A stretch of DNA of 62,384 nt, the filler included, from Sphacelaria rigidula (lineage: Eukaryota): the NCBI GenBank assembly GCA_964200075.2. It is 9 parts of 9 records of this genome, joined end to end, with 100 filler letters (N's around TTAATTAATTAA, not from the genome) between each part and the next. Parts side by side here need not be neighbours in the genome. Positions count along the whole stretch, not along the records: positions 6,944 to 13,786 come from CAXNAA020017806.1; positions 13,887 to 20,729 come from CAXNAA020017807.1; positions 20,830 to 27,672 come from CAXNAA020017808.1; 6 more parts are not named here. One strand, written 5' to 3'. Below the pieces are notes generated by a model. That model was not told the DNA's origin. It ran no database searches and saw only the letters and a program-made list of their open reading frames with translations. This document shows positions 11,609 to 24,290 of this stretch, one piece after another (positions within the stretch are counted from its first letter, which is position 1; the number at the start of each line of letters is the position of its first letter). A program made the position numbers and the translations under genes.

Positions 11609-12804
11609 GATTCGTTTCCACCAGCAGCACTCGTAGCATCCACACGAACCTGGGTGTGATGTTATCACAATATTTTTCTGCTGAAATGGGGATTTTCGAT
11701 ATTTTTCGTCGTCGGCGATATTCAAAACGATTTTGCGTGCCGCCGCTTATCCCCATGAACGTTTGATCCCAAAGTTTGGGGATCGGTAGACACTAGGCAT
11801 CTGCTCTACATTCCGAAACCAAATCATGTCCGCACTCAACATTGAACGACTTACGGGCTGACCAGGTTTCGGGGGTCCTGCGACTACCCAACCCCAGGTT
11901 CTGACCCTTGGGTATTTTTGCTTGATTAAAGCAACCCTGATCATTCTCGTGAACGAATAAAAAGGAACGTTATCTTGAATGTTTACCTATTCATTGCGCT
12001 AGATCCGCAAATCTGTGTTTTTTGGACCGTCGGCGGTTGATAACACCCCCTGATAAACGAGGTACGTACCGCGTATCAAACTGACAACATCAATTGAGGA
12101 TTTGTGTACTAAGCATAAACTACTTATTTTCCAAATTTCTATCGACGCTAGGACTTTCGAGTGCCGAGGAAGAATACTGTACGAGGAAATTGAGAAAAGT
12201 ATTCAAAAACGAAAGTTGCCCAACCGAGCTCTGCATAGCACAGGGTGGGGGTGAAACATCCCGATTGCTCTCATGAATAATCTTGGAGACCATTTCACTT
12301 CAGTTCTACCTGTTTATTGCGCTAGAGTCGAAAAGAAATATGTTTTTGTATAACAACGACCAATAACACCCCCCATTAGATCGGCCATCTCTTTCTGCGC
12401 TTTGCTTTTGTTGAATTTTTTTATTATCCTCTCCTTTTTGTTCACATCTCAGTCCACTATGTCGTTCTGTTCGACTTTTTTCCGCTCCTTCTTTTCCTCA
12501 GCGAGTGTTTTAGTTTTGCTTTTGTTGGGTAAGTCTATCGTGCGACCACAGTCGGACCCCTGGGGGGTCAGTTAAAGTGCGACAATCAATCAATCAGTCA
12601 AGTTCAACTCCGCCCGTAAGTCGTCAAGTATTGAGCGCAGAGATGATTCTTGTTTCGGAATGTAGAGCGGATGCCTAATATCTCCCGATCTCTAGACTTT
12701 GAGAGCAGGCCTTCACTGGGATGAGCCGTGGTAAGCGAAAAAACTGTTGGAAATCGGCGACCACGAGAAACTTACCAAAATCCCCGATCCCAGCTGAAAA
12801 CTAC

Positions 12805-13009
12805 CAAGGGTAAGTCGAGTAGAGTATACTCAATTGCGAGGTATTTTGAAAGTTGTACTTAAAGTACACAAATTGGGGGTAAAATTTCAGGAATCGCTTC
12901 TCAGCTACTTTTTGGGTACGACTCCCAACACTGTACCCTAACTTGAGTACCCCAAGTACGTCTTTCAAAATACCCCGCAATTGAGTATACTCTATTCGAT
13001 CTGCCCTTG
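12805..13009. mobile_element. 205-bp MITE with perfect 8-bp TSD (P- or hAT-type)
   Basis: AAAACTAC|CAAGGGTAAGTCGAGTAGAGTATACTCAATTGCG ... CGCAATTGAGTATACTCTATTCGATCTGCCCTTG|AAAACTAC, with imperfect TIRs of about 50 bp. Confidence 0.88.
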
Positions 13010-13886
13010 AAAACTACTATAGTCCGAACGCCAAACTCCGCCCAAGAGTCACCTTGTCACGGTTGTACACCGTCTATTCCTCCTGGGCAAGGGTAGCGTT
13101 CATGGAGGCTACTTGCGTCAGGTCCTCAGCATGTAGTGTCAAGAATACATGCGCTTTGTGGCGAACCCCATCTCATCTACCCCATGCTTTCCAAATAGAC
13201 ATGTTTGGATGGTGTCATCGCACAGCACGTACGTGTTGACGGACCCATCACAGTACAGCTATCACGAAAAAATCGCCATCAGTATAGGTCACCCGTTTGC
13301 GGGGCAGTACCAACCATTGCAAGCAATTTCCCCCCCATAACTATGAACACATACTGTAGGAACCACCACACAGACGGGACAAACTCCCACAAGTGTTTGT
13401 CAAGGTATCACTTTTTCACACTGGCGACACCATGAGATAGATCGTACACTTCCCGAACAGGAGGTCCCGGGTTCAAATCCCTGATCCCACCAAAACGGTG
13501 TAGGTAAAAAAATAACGGTGGTGGATATCCTCTGTAGCAGAGTTCAAAACTGAGGAAAATCTCCTGTGGCGAGTGTTAGCTGGGTCACCGAACACACGAA
13601 AACGATATGTGAATTAAAAATCAAGATTCCAACCGCTAGCCGGCGTAAAAGGATACTCCTCCAAAACCTCCAAGAGGTTCATGAAGGGGGGGGAGGGGGA
13701 GGGTGTACTCATGATGATGCATGCCATAGTCATAAGACCATTGATCTCGCATCCCTACAAAGTCGGGACGGAGCACGCCGGCTTTTNNNNNNNNNNNNNN
13801 NNNNNNNNNNNNNNNNNNNNNNNNNNNNNNTTAATTAATTAANNNNNNNNNNNNNNNNNNNNNNNNNNNNNNNNNNNNNNNNNNNN

Positions 13887-14039
13887 CGAGCTATCGTTGT
13901 CCATGCCCTCTCGGTCTTTATCCCGCCTGAAGTGCCTTACGCTGGCCCGCACGCAGGTGGATTTTATTCTCCTGTTGTCACCAGCGTAAGGCACTTCAGG
14001 CGGGATAAAGACCGAGAGGGCATGGACAACGATAGCTCG
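13887..14039. repeat. Perfect 59-bp inverted repeat with 35-nt loop at the contig start
   Basis: 13887-13945 is the exact reverse complement of 13981-14039. Confidence 0.95.
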
Positions 14040-15029
14040 GGACGGTGCTAGATTCGAGTAGGTAGACGCCACTCTAGGGAGAGAGGCCGGGGACCGGGCA
14101 AATCGTAGGAACAATGGCATGTCGTCAGAGATGCTTGGGGAGCTACAGGAACACGAGACCCCCCGTCCGCGTATCCCAGACACATGCGCTCGTGTTGGAA
14201 GACATCAGCGTAAGCAGGCATGAGGGCATGTCGCGTTCGTAGTTCCAGTGTCCCCACAAGTGAGGGAGCAAGGAGGCCCTAGACACAAGCCGTGCGTGAG
14301 ATGGGATACACGGCACGACTAGATTGGCCGTAGCGCACGCATTACCCCTAGGTGCCGGTAGATTCAACTTGCTCACAGCAGCGACATTTCCTGCATGTGC
14401 GATGTTACGGGAGAGTACGCGGAGGAATAGAGCAGTCCTGGAAATACATCGATAAGCGCGGTACACTACAAACCTTACACATGTTCTCAACCGTACACCC
14501 GTATCGGTGTCTTGCGGAAGGTAATACCATACCCGACAAGCTCGAGCATAATCCACCAATCTAAGGGTGACTTCTGCGCGCTTATCTACACCGACTAAAA
14601 ACCTGCAGGGTCCTTGAAAAAGCTTGAAGAAGAACGCCATCCAAGAAGGAAATTCATCACTCGACAAGAAACATTTCATATAAGAAGGTTACGGAAAAAG
14701 GGAAGAAAGAGAAAACTCAAACGGTCTGGTGGTGATTTAACCCGCGACCAGTTCACCAGAAGTTGTCGACTCTTACTCCTGTCCCTCCTGTCGGTGCGAT
14801 TTCATCTTGTTTTACTTCATAGTGATTTAGAGCTATATATTTGCGCGATATTTGTGTGGGTGATGATGGGAAACCGCAGGAATCTCAGTATTTGCGCGGT
14901 AATTGTTTAGACAGGAATAAGAGGACATGATTTGCTCGGTTACCATATTTTTGGGAACGAGAGAATGCATTGTGCTTGGAAGCGGTTGGCATGATGATGG
15001 TAATTTCGAATTATCCTGGTAACGTCACA

Positions 15030-15440
15030 TTCGAATTTCACAATGTGAGGTTGGTTCCTGCTGCGGGTAAAAAATCGAGTAAGCGGTTTTTCGCGACTCT
15101 ATTCTTGCGATATTTTTTTGCTAGATTTTTCAACTCAAGCCCCCATCGATTTCGGTTTTTTGGGGATAACTTGGTCAAACAGACACCAAAGGCATCCTGC
15201 TCCGAGGGGCACCTGGACACACAGTAGTTGCCGCTGTCTACCTAGTATCATCGTCCAGATCGAAGTCTTAAGTGAGAACGCTCAGCGTATGGTGCCCATG
15301 CACAAGGATGATCTTTTCCAATTTTCAGCATAAAAAATGGTGTTGTCTTGCGCATTTTCTCGTGTCACATTGTTCTCCTTTGACAGAAAAGTTTGGATTT
15401 TTTCAAAACTTTGGTTCCAACGGAGTCGTCCGGTATCATG
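15030..15440. repeat. Interspersed repeat; diverged direct copy at about 17875-18220
   Basis: Shared blocks GTTGGTT(C/T)CTGCTGCGGGTAAAAAATCGA, GCATCCTGCTCC, ATCGAAGTCTT, TGGTGCCCATG and GATGATCT in the same order. Confidence 0.8.
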
Positions 15441-15604
15441 GATAGTACAGTGTGTTACACGGAACACAAGACAGAAGTCCAATAGTGTGTAGTCCAACAG
15501 TGTACTACAGGTCCCAAACGCACAGCAGCAGAGGTAGTGTCGCAGCAGGTTGCTGCTTGTGATGAAATTTCAGCAGCAGTAGCCATGCTGAGTTCAATGT
15601 CATC

Positions 15605-17785
15605 GCCAGCAGTAGCCACGCGTAGGAGACACACTCCACGTGCAAAGCTCCCACATAGAGATGCGCACAATTATATCTCCCAGAACTTCGCGCCGAGTAA
15701 GCGAGCATGGACCCATCGGCGGGTAGTACCTACCAGCGCTGTCCAGCACGGTGGCTTTAACTCGCAAGGTGCGTGGGTGTTGTCGCACGGTCGAAACGCG
15801 CACCGTCTACGACTGAAGAGCAGCAGCAGTAGCATCGGCACCGGCTGATTCAGAGCCACCCCCAACCGTACACATGTACTGGCAATGAATATGCTAGTGC
15901 TGCTGTTACTACCGCTGCTTCTTTTCTCGTGCGGGAGGCGGTCCGCGTTTCGACGTGCGACAATACCCATGCACCTGGCGCGTTATTGCCTCCTCCCTAC
16001 TTGAAATCGACTATAATCTGTTCGCGTGTTGTTACGCTCATTCCAATTTCACAAAGTGTAGTTGGTTTCTCTCCTTCCCTGCGTTCCTCTCCATGGCTCC
16101 CATTATCTATGGCTATCACAATGGGCCACGTTACAGAAAATCTTTGGAGCATGAAATCGTTCTGCCGCAGCTCTGAACTTGAACCCTTGGGCGTCCAGGG
16201 TGGATCATCTGGGTCCTGTTCATATTTCGAATAATATTATCCCAATTCGATATATGCCAACCGAATACTGAAGCTTCGTGGCAGTGTGGAGATGATATGC
16301 AGACGGCAGGCCGCGTGTGGCGGTAAACGTGGACTCTGCGTAACCGAGAAACAGAAGAGCACAAGACAATCACCTGGTGTTGTGTGTTCTAGTACACACC
16401 ACGCTCTCTAACGTGGCCTAGAGCGGCTGAGTGTGCAGCAGCAATGCCTTTCTGTTACTAATTTCCCGGGGTGCATTATACCCTGGCACACTTGTGATTT
16501 TATATTACAAAGATACTCGGATTCACTTCCTCTTCTCCCATTCTGCCCCGCCTCCGTCCCGTCTGCGGGGTTTTGTTTCATTTGCTCTTGTTGGGGATGG
16601 TGGCTTGTTGGGAGTCCATCGATAGCTCCTCAGAGACGATCTCGTCGGCCACATGTGCGATTCGAGCTCTGTTTTTTGCGCTGTGTGTCAAATCACAATG
16701 CATACTGTGATCGCTTCGCTTTCCGGAAACGTCCCACGTTTGGCACACCAGGCGGCAAAAGTATGTTGTTTTGCAAAGCTGCAGTGAACGCTTCAAGACT
16801 TGATAAGAAAGAAAGTTACCTTGCAACGCGTGGCAGGGATGTGTACGTGTACGTGGCGCCTGAACAGGGAGGGCGTCGCTGAAGCGCACGAGTTTCTCGT
16901 TCTAATGATGATCTGTCTCATCAAGAGTATGCACATGGAAAAAAGAAAATGAGGATAGGTTGCCTATGGTCGATAAAATTTCGTCGAACGGCCTGACAAA
17001 ATTCGGGGGCTGACACCCTCCCCGACTCGCATCCCTAGCTGTAGCATTTTCAGACGCATCAATTGTTTCCCCTGTATCGGACGTTGGTATTATTCCCAGG
17101 ACCAGCAGTAGCCACGCGTGCGAGACACAGATTACTCGCAAGGTGCGTGGGTGTTATCGCACCGTCGAAACGCGGACCGTCTACGATGAAGAGCAGCAGC
17201 AGCATCTGCACCGACTGATTCAGACCCACCCCCAGCCGCGTACATTTGCTGGCAAAAAACATGCTGCTGATACTGCTGCTGCTGCTGCTACTACTTATCG
17301 TGCGGGAGGCGATTCGCGTTTCGACGTGCGACAAGACCCATGCACCTGGCGCGTTTTTGCCTTCTCCCTACTTGAAATCGACTACGATGTATTTGCGTGT
17401 TGTTACGTTACCCACATAGCATTTTCAGTACGGGTACAGTACGTATCATTTGTTTTCCCCTGTATTGGACGCTGGCTTTATTTCCATCACCAGCAGTAGC
17501 CACGCGTGCGAGACACACACGACGTGCACAGCTCGCACAGAGAGATGCGCACAGCTATATCGCCCAGCACCTAGCCTAGTGGGGATCCTGGACTCTCAGC
17601 GGGTAGAACGGACGAGCGCCTTCCAGCACGGCGGCTATTACGCGCAAGGTGCATGGGCGCTGTAGCACGATCGAAACGCAAACCGTCTCTCCCATGAGGA
17701 AAAACGGCAGCAGCAGCAGCAGCAGCAGCAGTATCGGCCCCGGCTGATTTAGACCCACCCTCAGCCGCATACATTTACTGGCAGT
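15605..17785. repeat. Three diverged copies of a foldback-containing repeat (about 15605-16036, 17101-17408, 17489-17785)
   Basis: Each starts CCAGCAGTAGCCACGCGT..GAGACACAC. Copies 1 and 2 contain an internal inverted pair GGTGCGTGGGTGTT..TCGAAACGCG / CGCGTTTCGACGTGCGACAA..CCCATGCACC. Confidence 0.8.
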
Positions 17786-20700
17786 CAAGGAGCCCCGGTC
17801 CCGAACAGCTTGTAAATATATATAATGTCTGAGATACTATTCACAGACGACTTTCTTCAGTGCGAAGATTCCAATTTCACGAAGTGAAGTTGGTTTCTGC
17901 TGCGGGTAAAAAATCGACTGACTGGTTTTTGCGCCTCCGTTTTTGCGTCAGGATTCTTGCGACCTGATTCTTGCGATCGGATTCTTGCGATAGTTTTTTG
18001 CTAGATTTTTCCACTCTAAAACCCCTATCGATTTCGGTATTTTTGAGAGTAACTTCGTCAAATTGACACCAAACGCATCCTGCTCCAAGGGGGACCTGGA
18101 CAAACAGCAGTTGCCACTGCCCACCTTGTATCATCCTCCAAATCGAAGTCTTGAGTAAGAACCGCCAGCGTTTGGTGCCCATGTACAAAGATGATCTACA
18201 CCGAGTATCATGCTCCAAAATGTACCTGACAGTAGCAATGCTAGCGGATCCTACGTCCTGACAGTCTGTGAGAGTCTAGCAGCCGGCAAGGTGGTTATGG
18301 TGGTGTCCTTCTAGCGATATCAACTTACAGTACACTGGAGCAGAGCTTCCAGGTGAATACTTCGGCGATGGCCTCACCTGCAGTTCGCCGAGATGTTGCC
18401 CCTGCATAATATATGGAAAACGTACCCAACCGTGGACAAAAGATTTCTACAGTCAGTACGAACACGATGTTGGAAGTGTACTGCGCAAAGTCTGTGTGTT
18501 GTCGTCCCATCTATTCTGGACGCCCGTCTCCACCTTTTGGTATATGTGGGCGCATCAGCCGCGGCTGTGTTACCATACAGCTTCGCCCAATATACAGGCA
18601 GCCATTACAGCGGCGGAGGCGGCCTTTCACTCCTGCGTGCGCCACCTGGGGCAAATGCACGCTGTAGCTGTAACACGGACAGGTTTACAAACTGTACGTA
18701 GCAAAATAGCGCGTGGCGAGGAGGTTTATATCTGCGTACACCTTGGCTGCGATACCACGGCTGCACTCATGATGTGGCGAACTGCATAGGACAACGCGAA
18801 ATAAGTGCAGGAGAGGAATAGACTGAGGATGTGACGTTCTGCGGTGTGCTTTGTCACCCTGCACCCTGCTGCTGTGCAGTGAGCAGGTAGTACCGCCACA
18901 GGCGTCACGCCGCAGTTGGTACACAGTATCGGCTTCACACCCAAAGGGTAACCTCTGCATCGAAATTCAATGAAACGCACTGAATCAAATTACACGGGCG
19001 GAGCGCGTTATTTTCGAGCAGCACGCGCGCTAGCGTTTCCGTGTTGCCGACACCGTGCCAGCGCGCTTGTGCACGAAGGCGCTGTACTCTCCTGTGGCAG
19101 CCCGTAACGGTATCGCTCCTCATGTTTCATGACGCTCTATTCGAAAGGACGCAGAAGAAATGCCAGCGAGTCCATCGTGGTTGCCCTTGCAGGTGTGGTG
19201 TACCAGTTTTTCAATCTAGTACTGCCGCATGCTCCGTGCTGTACGAACTAGTATACCGTACCGGTTCAAAACCGGGTATGCATTATATAAACGCCATCGA
19301 CATGCCGTGGTTATCATGAACTGAACTGTGTACGAGGCGCGGGGACCGTAGTTTTTGTCAAGTAATGCAGTACAGGCATTTTTTTTTGTTCGCATGAAAC
19401 ACGTGATTCGAACGAGACACAAAACGAAGCATTTACATGATACCTGGGCGTTTTGGTACTGAAACGAGTCCACCATTCTCTCTACCACATACCGTAAGGA
19501 GATAAATACTACGTCTAAATACAAGATGAGTTAGCGGCAGACCTTCATACTAGAGTAGAGGGCCCAGCCGAGACCGCTCCGGGTTCACCGCCGAATCCGA
19601 GACGGAAACGTCCCAAATACCGAAATAAATTGAAATTGGAAGCGCCCTGGACACATGGCAATCTATATATATATATAAAGATGAAAACTATCTCCGTACT
19701 GATGTTCATTCGGGACGCCATCTATGTTTTCATCATCGTTGAGGACACTCCTCGATCGTTTAGATGGATCAACCTTCAACTGAAGTGATCATTTCTCAAA
19801 CCCCTTCTGAAGAAGGGTGCAGCGTGGTCCCTGGGGAACATCGCGCTCCGGAAGGCTTGTGCTTTTTTACACACTTGATGGGTACTTGCTCTCTCCGTCC
19901 TGCTCTACATATTATTTTTTGCATCTGTAGACATGGGAGACTCGCAGATGTATTCTCATCTGCCGAGCTCTTCCAAGTAATGAATAGGGAATAATCCCAA
20001 AGAGGTATAAATACGAGCAACATGATAATTTAGTTTCTAGGAAGTGCTTCTGGGGAGAGATCAGGGCGAGCAATGTTGGGGCAAAAAAGCGGTCTGGTGG
20101 GCTCTCACAGTTTTAGAGAAACAAAAGGGCGCGATCGGGCTCGGAATGTAATTTCGGATGTATGTACGATGTTTACGGCACGTCGCGCCAACGCCCAATT
20201 CGAGTAGTCCTCCCAGGTAATGTAGGGTGTTTCAAAAATATTATATTATCCCTTTTGGGACCGGGCCTCCAGAACGACCAATGAGGCTGGTCAGGAATGA
20301 CGTGTCTGGCGTCTAAACGAAACAGTGAAGTGTTGCTGAAAATCCGCGGATGTAACTGCAGGGTTATGACGAAGACCGAGAGTTTCATCCGGTCTGTTTT
20401 CAGGTGCAGGGTGCGCATCAGGTGGGTGTACACCTGATGTAGCAAAAAACAATATGTGTCGCGGTAAGGAGCTTCCAACAGGATGCGGCGACCGGCGGGC
20501 CGCCCGCCACTCGTGGCTTTGGATGAAACGTTTGTCCCCATCACCTTGCCACACAGCCCCCTGTGGCCGGGGCGAGCCGCCATTGCCCCCTTTGTTGCAT
20601 GCGGCAAATTCTCTTTGATGGGTACAGAATAGTACAGTACACTGTAGTACGCCTCTCCCACTGAAGCAGCAGCTGCCGCTGGATACTCACTCCCTTGCAC

Positions 20701-21164
20701 GTTCTGGGCAATTCTCAGGTACCGAGATCNNNNNNNNNNNNNNNNNNNNNNNNNNNNNNNNNNNNNNNNNNNNTTAATTAATTAANNNNNNNNNNNNNNN
20801 NNNNNNNNNNNNNNNNNNNNNNNNNNNNNTCAATGGTCAAACGACTAAGGCAAGCAACAAATGAGTACGCCCCCCCTCCCCCCCCCCTTTCCCCCCCGCT
20901 CACCCGCCCGCCCCAGTCTAGAACAGAACACGCGACTCTGGCACCTTTCACCTTCCAAAAGACCTCGGCTAGTTGCCAGGAGTGCTTCTTGCGTCTTGGC
21001 GATTCCGGCTGTGGTGGCAACCATGTCGTTCACACCACCCGCCAGACTCCGAAAAATTCCCTGGAAGGACGGTAGGCCCATGTACGTGGCCACGTGGGCG
21101 TGAGGAAAGGCAGAGGAAACGTTTCACGTGTCGAACAGCTGAACTGACCATAACTCCAGTTAAT

Positions 21165-22050
21165 TCGTTTTTGTACAACTCGGCGGTGAGCTATACGGTA
21201 TAACTCAGCGGTACCATCTTCCACTGGCTGAGCTGTTCGGTATAACTCAACGGCACCTTCTCCCACTAGCTGAGCTATACGCTTGAATTCAGCAGTACCT
21301 TTCCCCATTGGCTGAGCTGTTCGGTATTAACTCAGCGGTACCTTTCTTCACTGGCTCAGGAATACGGCATAACTTAGCGTTATATGTTGCCACACGGGCC
21401 AATCAACAGATGGAGATAAGCCGCGTGAGTACTTCGATTGTGCTGCTCTACTGTTGTGATTTTCATCTCGAACACACACGCACACAGACATCCGGGCGCG
21501 CGCGTTTCACGAACAGCAAGGAGAATTCAACCGCGTGCGACACACGGCGAACAACGCACGATTGGTTTGTACGGCGTTCGCCATGGCCTCCACCGGTGCA
21601 ATAACTGATGAAGGCAGCAGTGAGCCGAATGACGTGGATCTCATCAGCAAGTCATGGCAGCAGCAGCAGCAGCAGCAGTGGTAGCAACAGGAGCAGCAGC
21701 AAAACAGTGGCCTGGTCAGCCAATGGTATCCGTGTTTTGCTAAGCAAGGTCCGTGGTGCTCGTTCCGAGGTCACCGAGGAGCACTTTACACAAGGATTTA
21801 CGCGTCGGATGACTCAACCCACCTTAACTCGAGGTAACTCATTTTCGGTATACCTCAGCGGTTCCGCTTCCCTCTGGTTGAGTAACATACGGTACACAAA
21901 AGCGATATTTTTCTTCCACTGGCTGATCTGTTCGGTAAAACTTAGCGGTACCTTCTTCGACAGGCTGAGTTATTTGGTATGACTGAGCGGTACCTTTTCC
22001 CACTGACTGAGTTATACGGTATGACTCACCAGTGCCTTATTCCACAGGCT
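21165..22050. repeat. Two blocks (about 21165-21375 and 21825-22050) of a 42-bp self-complementary tandem unit
   Basis: Unit about TATAACTCAGCGGTACCTTCTTCCACTGGCTGAGCTGTTCGG, starting at 21199, 21241 and 21283, with a CTCAGC/GCTGAG stem. A remnant lies at about 25390-25442. Confidence 0.85.
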
Positions 22051-23632
22051 GTGCTTTAGACTCAGGATCCATAGATGGGGATGATGTTGTAGTGAATTAA
22101 ACTATTTGCGCGAAGCGGAAAAACTCGAGGACCCGTTGAAAACCAGGCGAAGCACGAAAACATGGGACATGTCCTGCTTCGCTGTACTGCTGCAAAAACA
22201 CACACGCCCTCTCTCACGCGCTGTAGCTATCACTGTTTCTGTGGCGTGTTTAGACCTTGCGAGGACGGGTTGGTTTCCGCTGGGATTGCCTGAGCTGATG
22301 CATTGTCGTTGTGCTCGTCTCTACAAAAAATAATATCAGTCGGCACACAGAGCTGTTTACACTCTGATTATTGAAAACTCAAGCACTTGGGACTGTGAAC
22401 TGGACCAGTTGACACTGTCGATTGAACCGGAACTGGACTTAAACTGTAACTGGCGACGAGGGCGCCAGTTGTCCAGTTTATTTCAAGGTTGCGGTTACCG
22501 GCTATATTTGACATCAATTTTAAAATATAGGGCAGTTCCACGCTATTCCAGGCCACGTTTCTGAGATATTCGAGTTCGATACATCAGGGAACGAACTCAT
22601 CAAGAGCCCAAAAATTGACAGATGACGCATTGTAATGTAAAAACAACTTTGGTAGGGTGGGATTTGGGCTGGGGGTGCATGGTAGGGCAGGGAAGAAGAA
22701 ATAGCCGTCCCCGGGGGATGCTTTCTACAATGAGCTCATGGATGATATCCATCGTTTTGGCCTATACCGTTCAAATGGCGATACGTTTGGATGACATGAA
22801 GTTTTTTCGGGGTTCTTGAAACACGGAAATAATGAAATATAAACAAAACTCTAATCCTTATCCGGAGATTTGATGTACGCATCTCCCATATCAATTGTCA
22901 CCCGGGTGGTCTCCATCGTTTTGGCCTGTTACACACACGAATGGCGATGCACCTAAAAACACGAGCACATCGATAGAACATGCTAACGATAATGCATTTA
23001 TTCCCGCCCCCCAATTTCTTCTCACCCGGGGGAGAAATGACTCCATCCCGTCTCCAGACACGATGAGGGTGTTATCTACTGTTTTCGCCTGTTACATGGA
23101 TATTCATACACGAATAGCGATGTCCCCAAACACGCGGGGGGCATCGTTACAGCGTATCGACCACATACAATTCCCTTACAACTCCATGTTCCCACCATCC
23201 CTTTTCGCGGGAATGAAACAAATGCATCCCTCCCTGAACGATCTCAGCGACAAGGGAGGGGTGTTATCCGACGTTTGACCCATTGCGGTCGGAGAACAAC
23301 AAATCTGAACGCGTGACAGGTACTGATATAAATCCTACAATCTACCTCAAGTATTGATGAGGCATGTATTTTTCTTAACAGGGCTACAGACACCAACCAC
23401 GAGGAAAATATTGAAGGGAAACCAAGCCACACATGGCATTTGTTTTGTCTCCGGCGACGCTCCCGCGGGGCCCCTCACCAGCCAGGGGGGGGTGGGGGCG
23501 TTGGGGCTCGCGGCTCCGCCGCTCGCTATCGATGTTGTTCCACTTAATCGGCGAAGCCGATGAGTTGGAAACATCGAAGTACTGGCCGCTGACGCCGCCA
23601 CGTTAAACTGAACTGGCCAGAGCCGCCCAGGG

Positions 23633-24290
23633 TTATTCCTTTTCAATAATATGGAGGCGGTATTTTTGGAGATCAAGCGCCCCAACAAAGTAAACCAGGC
23701 ATCTGATGATACTGAAACTTGACGTATGTGTGGACGGAAGCCGCAGGTAGGTGTGGACGCAGCATTTTCGGCGACCCAAGGCGTTTTGTGCGTTGCGTGG
23801 CTTGAAAGAATGATTATTCATGATGCTGCAGTGATTCCGAAAACAAGAACACCTCCTGATGACGATTCAGAGAGGGTAACGATATGAAATTCGCGCGGAG
23901 GCAGGAGTAGATCTTGCCACCTTGTTGTTTACATTGGCCCCCTGTTGGTCGAGGCTGGCACCAAGGCGGGAAATAACCACCAGTTAAGGTTCTCCATACG
24001 TTGGAGGCAGATGCCCTTGAGCTTTATACGCCGTGCCGAGCAAGACGCGGCTGCACAACGCAGCCAAGGAGAAGAGTGTCTTCTGTCAAGGACCACTGCG
24101 GACCTGTTCGGGCAGGGGGCAACTTCTCCTCCCTCACAGTGCCAGACTTAGCGTGGCGGTTACCACGACGATCTGAAAATGACAGGGGCAGTTGCTGTAG
24201 TTTTCTTCTATCAGAGTCAATCGGATATTCTTCGGTGGTGTGCTCCCACGTGAAGATGTTTGCCTTTCTCTGGCAGGCGCGTGATCGCCC
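23633..24290. repeat. About 650-bp interspersed repeat; second copy at 33982-34615 (runs off the contig)
   Basis: Colinear high similarity from TTATTCCTTTTCAATA to GGCAGGCGCGTGATC on two different contigs. No conserved ORF. Confidence 0.88.

Noticed and set aside
14040-14720. Possible retroelement coding remnant next to the hairpin
   Set aside because: No RT, endonuclease or recombinase motif is identifiable in any frame.
21165-22050. Palindromic repeats resembling a CRISPR array (also 54291-54691)
   Set aside because: Units are contiguous with no unique spacers, no cas genes are present, and the context is eukaryotic.
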